Positions 33,490 through 64,000 of a DNA stretch of 64,000 nt are shown here, piece after piece. A program made the translations under genes and the position numbers. The first letter of the stretch is position 1. Every line of letters begins with the position of its first letter. The notes under the pieces are model-generated. The model saw nothing but the letters and a program-made list of their open reading frames with translations, had not been told where the DNA came from and did no database searches. The stretch spans positions 2,857,054 through 2,921,053 of the forward strand of contig CM082598.2 in the NCBI GenBank assembly GCA_040954595.2, written 5' to 3'. This DNA comes from Balanoglossus misakiensis (taxonomy: Eukaryota; Animalia; Hemichordata).

Positions 33490-35218
33490 GTGAAATTTCA
33501 TCATCCCACATAAACTCAGAAACTGATGTACAGGATAGATAATGGTATACTAGTGTATGTATCTACATCACTTTATATGTACAGTATGTGGCAGAACTAT
33601 CGCTCACACCAACAGGTGAGTCTAGGGCAGGAATAGGGAAGTTGTTGCTGTTGACTGAAAAATTTCTAGTTTCATAATTCAAAGTCAGCTGGTAGTTGAG
33701 CTGTTTGCAGGCTTATTTTGGGGGGTCTGAGGTTATTCTAGACAAACTTTTGACAAACTAGTAACAAGTCCCGGACACAATAGTTCTGCCACGTACTGTA
33801 AAAGGCATGCAAGAAAAATTTGTTGTTTGCAATTGAGATTTAAAGTTTAATACATTCATGGTTACATTCAAGTCTTGTTATTTTGTGTACAAATGTTTGG
33901 AGTTGTAAAACCTTCTGAAGCTACAAACACTGCCACATATAATCATTTATATACAGGAATGATGAATGGTTTTATCTTGAACAAAATGTAGTTATTTGGT
34001 GAAAAAAGCCAGGGCACCAGAAATGTAATTTGTCAAAATAATCATGCATTTTTGAGATTGTATAAAGGGTGTGAATTCTAAACTCTTTATTTTATGGAAA
34101 GATGTTTTGTTTTGAAGGAAACCTAGTCAGAAAGAAATAAGCAAATATATAGAATTTTCATAGAAGTGGTTAATGCTGCATTGTGACACAGGCCACAGTA
34201 AATAAATTCTATATCTTATCTGCCAAGAGATTACTTCCATATCAGCCACCAGAAAGTTTTTTTTTTGCAAACTCAGTTTTGTAAATTTTATTTTCACTGT
34301 TTGTGTTCATTATGTTTATGTTCTTGTTTAATAACCTTTTGAAACGATTGGACATGATATCATCAGGGTGTCACAGTGCTATCTCTGTTTCAAACCAAAA
34401 TATACTTTATAAATTGAGTTGCTGTATTTTGATATATTTGTATACTAGTTTATTATACAGTAAAAATAGTAAAAAGTCACCTATCTCATTTGTTTTTTGT
34501 TTGTTTTTGTTTTTTGTTTTAAATTAAATACTGGTACATTCTTTCTACAGTAGTTTGATTTAGGGAATAATTAGCTCAACACATTTCTCAAAGTCCAAAT
34601 AACACATTTATTACAGATATAAACTTCTGATATACATATGCCCAATATATAGCTACTAGGGCATGTCTAAGTCTTTGGTTATCTGGTGAACATCTCATTT
34701 CTATCTATGCTGATTATCTTGTGTGTATACTTAATTCTGTTACAACAGGGACTATGTTAGGGCTAGACCAGGCATCAGAAGGTGCAGGGTGTTACACTAC
34801 ATCAAGTCAGGACTAACAGTCAGTGTCATTCAAGGTAAGCTAATTACCAGGTCAAGGAAACAAACTGATAATTACAATAGGGTCATCTGGAATCGCTGCG
34901 TAAAGGGAAGCGGTATTCGCGCTCCATTTGTTCGTTTATAAACATTACAATTCATCCTCAAATCCCCTGTCGACTGCAGTGGGGTTGCTCTGGTATGGGA
35001 GGACATATTGTCATCAAGGGGGGCACCCACACAAACTGATTGGTGTGATGAACATGAAAAACTGCAGATCGTCACATACAAACATCTTAGAAAGGTGCAA
35101 AATCTAAAAGTTTTGTGGAATGAAAGAAATAATATTTTCATTGTTGGTCGTTGAAGTAATTTGGCAAAGTTGGAAAGGGATTGCTGCTATCATCAGCACC
35201 ATGTTTCTCTTGTTTTTC

Positions 35219-40625
<5,407 letters not shown>

Positions 40626-41918
40626 GATTGTAGTGTTGGTCAGAAGGCGGTCAGAAGGAGTGTCGCGAGCAATCAATTTTTCGCAAAATACGCTAGAACC
40701 AAAAACTATGAGCAGCATCTAACCCTCCTCAACCTTTCGATCTAGTAGGCATGCCACACCCTAACAACCTAAGCTGTACAATCACAGACAAGGTCCACCT
40801 GTGGCAGTCTGGACACTATATTCACACTCAAGTATATTCTGTGTGTACTTGTCAGTCACGTCATCAGTTTGTGGTTAGAACGGAAACAGTCACATCATCA
40901 GTTTGTAGGCAGAACAGAAACCATCAGGTGGAAATGTTGCTAAAACCTTTGATTCGAAGGCAATGGGAGTTGGGCAACATCTAGTGCTCAAGACAGCATA
41001 GATAGTGATGTTACTACTACTGCAAAGAGCCACAAGCGTTTTTATACCAAAACTGAACTGAACTAAAGATAATATGTTCTTTACAGAAGCCTTTCAATAG
41101 TTTAGAGAGTATATAATCATTTGTTGATTAGCATTGATTAGAAAGGAACTCTTCTCCAAACTTTTTGTGAAGGCTTGTGCATACAACATCTATCAAAGTC
41201 GAAAGACATACACTCATGTCCACCAGATATCTAAAACAACGCGAAAATAAGAAGATAAGGACACATTGTGTTTACCAGAAAAGTTTTAATCACTAGTTAA
41301 TAAAATACAATATGGATTCTTTCCAACTCCAAAAATACCCCCTTGCCGTATAATAATATTTATCCACATTTCATCGCAATTACCATACTCTATCAATGTA
41401 GATGTAATCACGAGAAGTTAAATGATATACAACTGTGTGCGTCTATCAATGTTTGTAATTTCAGTTTCCATAAGCTTTTAAATTCATTAAATGATATTTA
41501 CAAAATATATATGCAGATAAAAGTAACTTTTCATCAGCAAGCAGGAAATAATATCATTGCCAATTATATCGTACAAGAGTGTGGTGTAATGTTAGTCTGC
41601 TATTGCTTAACAAATCTGTATATAGTAATGTTTGGATATAGACAATAATGGCAGTGGATTTAGATTATTGTTTCAAAACAATCCACACACCTAAACAATG
41701 TTAAACCTTTGGGATTCCCGTTCCGTGTGAATGTTACATTTTAAAAGCATTTCTGTTAATGAGCCACGCGTGTATGTGGTTCTTAGTGTGGCTGGGCAAT
41801 TGCCAACCCCTGGATCGTCTTCTTCATGTTCTGAATTGTATCGTTGTGTCTATCCACAGGAGCAGTATATATAGACCTCCGTTTAGCATGCGGCGAACAC
41901 GGTACTCATTGATGCTGG

Positions 41919-53523
<11,605 letters not shown>

Positions 53524-54035
53524 TGCAGTTCGCCCTTCTACCGGTCGGAATTAGTCAGAGGGAAGGAACTGGCTAAGAGGCAGTGGTTTTCAACCAGGAA
53601 GATCATACGAAAAATATGCAAGCTGTTTGACAGAAGGTGGGCCGGCCAGCGGGGTCAACTGTGACACACTTCCACGCTATTTAAATAAGATTTGCTCCAA
53701 TTAATCACTGTGTACATACTGAACGGTTGACGCCAGCCCCACAAAATAACAAATCACTTTTCAGGTAGTCTCGTAAACCCGTCAAACCGTCAACACGTGC
53801 ACTTGGTATTTTGCGGGACGTGTGGTTTCATTGGCGGTGAGATTTCATTGGGAAGAATGCCAGCAGAAGCCGACGAGATGTTTTGGTGAACTAAAACACA
53901 TTCGCCCGTTATCTCTTGCTATCTCAGCGAACGGCCATTGCATTCCATAGTGTTGCATATTGTTGTGTAATAGATGGAAGCCTTCAGATAGCAGCAATCA
54001 CTTAGCAACGGTCATGCAAATTTTCCTGCAATGAT

Positions 54036-54162
54036 GTACCGATCTCGGTTACCGGTTAAATAGCAATGATGTTCCAATATTTTTACATCTAATTAATAGG
54101 TACCGATCACGGTTACCGGTTAAATAGCAATGGTGTCAGAATGTTTTTACATCTAATTAATA
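54036..54162. repeat. ~64-bp tandem duplication upstream of PTP paralog 2
   Basis: gtaccgatc.cggttaccggttaaatagcaatg.tgt...aat.tttttacatctaattaata x2. Confidence 0.88.
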
Positions 54163-55982
54163 ATTTCGCGGGGAGGACTACCAGGTCAATATTATTTAAC
54201 TTCAGTGCAGTGTAACTTACTGCAGAGGGCGCCACACATGGTTCTGTGGTGGATCATTCGTAATATTTAAACGTAACATTTGTAGGCTAGTGTAATCGGT
54301 CAGGTCTGATAAGAACTAAATGCCAAATTTGATACGTGTTTCAATGTTCATTTGAGGTCGTTTCTCTGAGGTTATCACGGTCATCTGCAGTTGAAATGTA
54401 TCCTAACTCACATCTAATCAGCAATCTGTCATATCAATATAGGCTATAGGCCAGTGTTGGCTATTGTGACAATATGGAATATGCATGTACATATATACAT
54501 GTACGTAAGTACCCAGCATATACTAGTAGGTGTCAGTTCGACAAAGTTTTGTCTGTCTTCAAAACAACAGTTTGTTTGGCTATACTATATTTTCCTAGAA
54601 ACCATCTGAAATATAAGTTTAGTGTTAAGCCTCTAAATTTGTGAGATTGAAGCAATACTCTCCAACATTTAAATGAAACCTTGTATAATTACAACAACCT
54701 TAGCTTAGGCAATGTATGTTTGATTTTTATTGAAATTCTAGCAAAAGTAAAAATTTTACATGATTTTAGACTTTTCAGGGTATAAAATCATAGTATTGGA
54801 GATGTTTTTGGGGTAGGCATGAAAAAATAAGCCTTACCACTATCATTTATAAAACACCTCATTTTCTGCATTGTGGTTGGCACACATCCTGGGCATTATC
54901 AGTCAGCAGTATTCGCACTGTTATCTGACCAGGTTTCCGACAACTATTAACTGAACAGTATCTCCATGTGTGTACACACATGATGACACATGCGTTCTTC
55001 AGATGCCCATCAGTGGAACCGATGCATGAGATTGCCTGCCCACCCTGGGCTTGTGAGACACTCCCCTACAAAAGGGTCTGATTTGTCATCGGCCAAACAG
55101 ACCTTTTAGGGATTGCTTAATACCTAGTACAATATTGAAAGCAAACTACATCTACAATATAATAAGAGCGTGTTTTTGATATCGTTTTTTCAGTCCTCTG
55201 TACTGGGAGAAATAGAAGCACATTCTGACTGAAGTCTTTGCGTGTGTCTATGTGGAGTATTTTATCTTTCTGTGTATTAAAACCATTCACGTTTTAAAAA
55301 AATAATAATCTTTGTGATAAAAGAACATAGAATTCGACATTTAAATACTTAAATTTTGTGTAAATGGTGCGTAATAGAAGAAGCTCAAGTTGTAAGGAAA
55401 TCCTAATTGTAAATATATTAAAAGTTATTTAGAAAGGGTTCCCCAAAAGCTTTTCCCTAAAATATAACAATTTTTACGTCAAGTTATTCTAATTCGAATT
55501 TAGAAACCTATTATCTAATACTTGCTTTCGTAAGGAAAGGTTTTTATACTTAAAATGACATTCACTTCAATAACATGAACAAAATTCAACTGGCAAATTT
55601 TCTTGAATAAATACTGAACTGAAAGCAACACAAAGAGCTTACATGTAAATATGTACTCTTGCATAGTAAGATCTAATATTGTAGACATTATCATATACAC
55701 AATAAGCTTACACTGGAAAACACTTGTATCTTTACAGCTTTTTATTATGATTTGCATACTTCGTTATTTGCAAATTTTTAAATTTTGAATTAGAATTATT
55801 GTTATGTTTGCACCAGTGCTGTTGTCCATTTGTGGCTTAGAGATCTGGGCATTCCTATTGGAATGTATGCAATTTAAACGTAACATGTCAACCCAAGCTT
55901 TATATTTAATGGGAAGAAAGGCCAAAATAATGTCGCTTTAAAGTAGATCTTAAAACATGTAAGGGATTTAAAATTGTTATCC

Positions 55983-63865
<7,883 letters not shown>

Positions 63866-64000
63866 AATGAAAACCAGAGAAGAGAAATAAAGACTCTAGT
63901 GGCAACAGATATCGTTACTCATAAACATGTGTGGTTACTGTGTTTGACAGTAACTGAATTATTACTTTTGCCATGGTGTCTTGTGGCCAGTCAAGGCACT

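Overview
AT-rich, intron-containing animal nuclear DNA, not prokaryotic. A marine invertebrate deuterostome is my inference from gene content; the species cannot be determined here. By manually joining exons at GT-AG sites I reconstruct, left to right: the 3' part of a UCP2/3-like uncoupling protein (+), an SLC5A3/SMIT-like Na+/myo-inositol cotransporter (+), tryptophan hydroxylase (-), an intron-containing tRNA-Ile(UAU) (+), GAS2-like (+), NDUFB8 (-) head-to-head with a small stand-alone CS/p23-like-domain gene (+), mitochondrial SSB (+), and a tandem array of three R3-type receptor tyrosine phosphatases (-). The three phosphatases share a catalytic exon layout but differ sharply in ectodomain. 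One has FN3 repeats plus the juxtamembrane domain, one has a Thr-rich stalk plus 8 FN3, and one has only about 20 extracellular residues and no C-terminal YxN-phi motif. Other notable signals are a 37-nt exonic block identical in all three paralogs, a CRE/X-box/ETS cluster at the TPH promoter, and several MITE families (piggyBac-like, Kolobok-like, Tc1/mariner-like, one nested). Exon coordinates were read by eye and may be off by a few nt.
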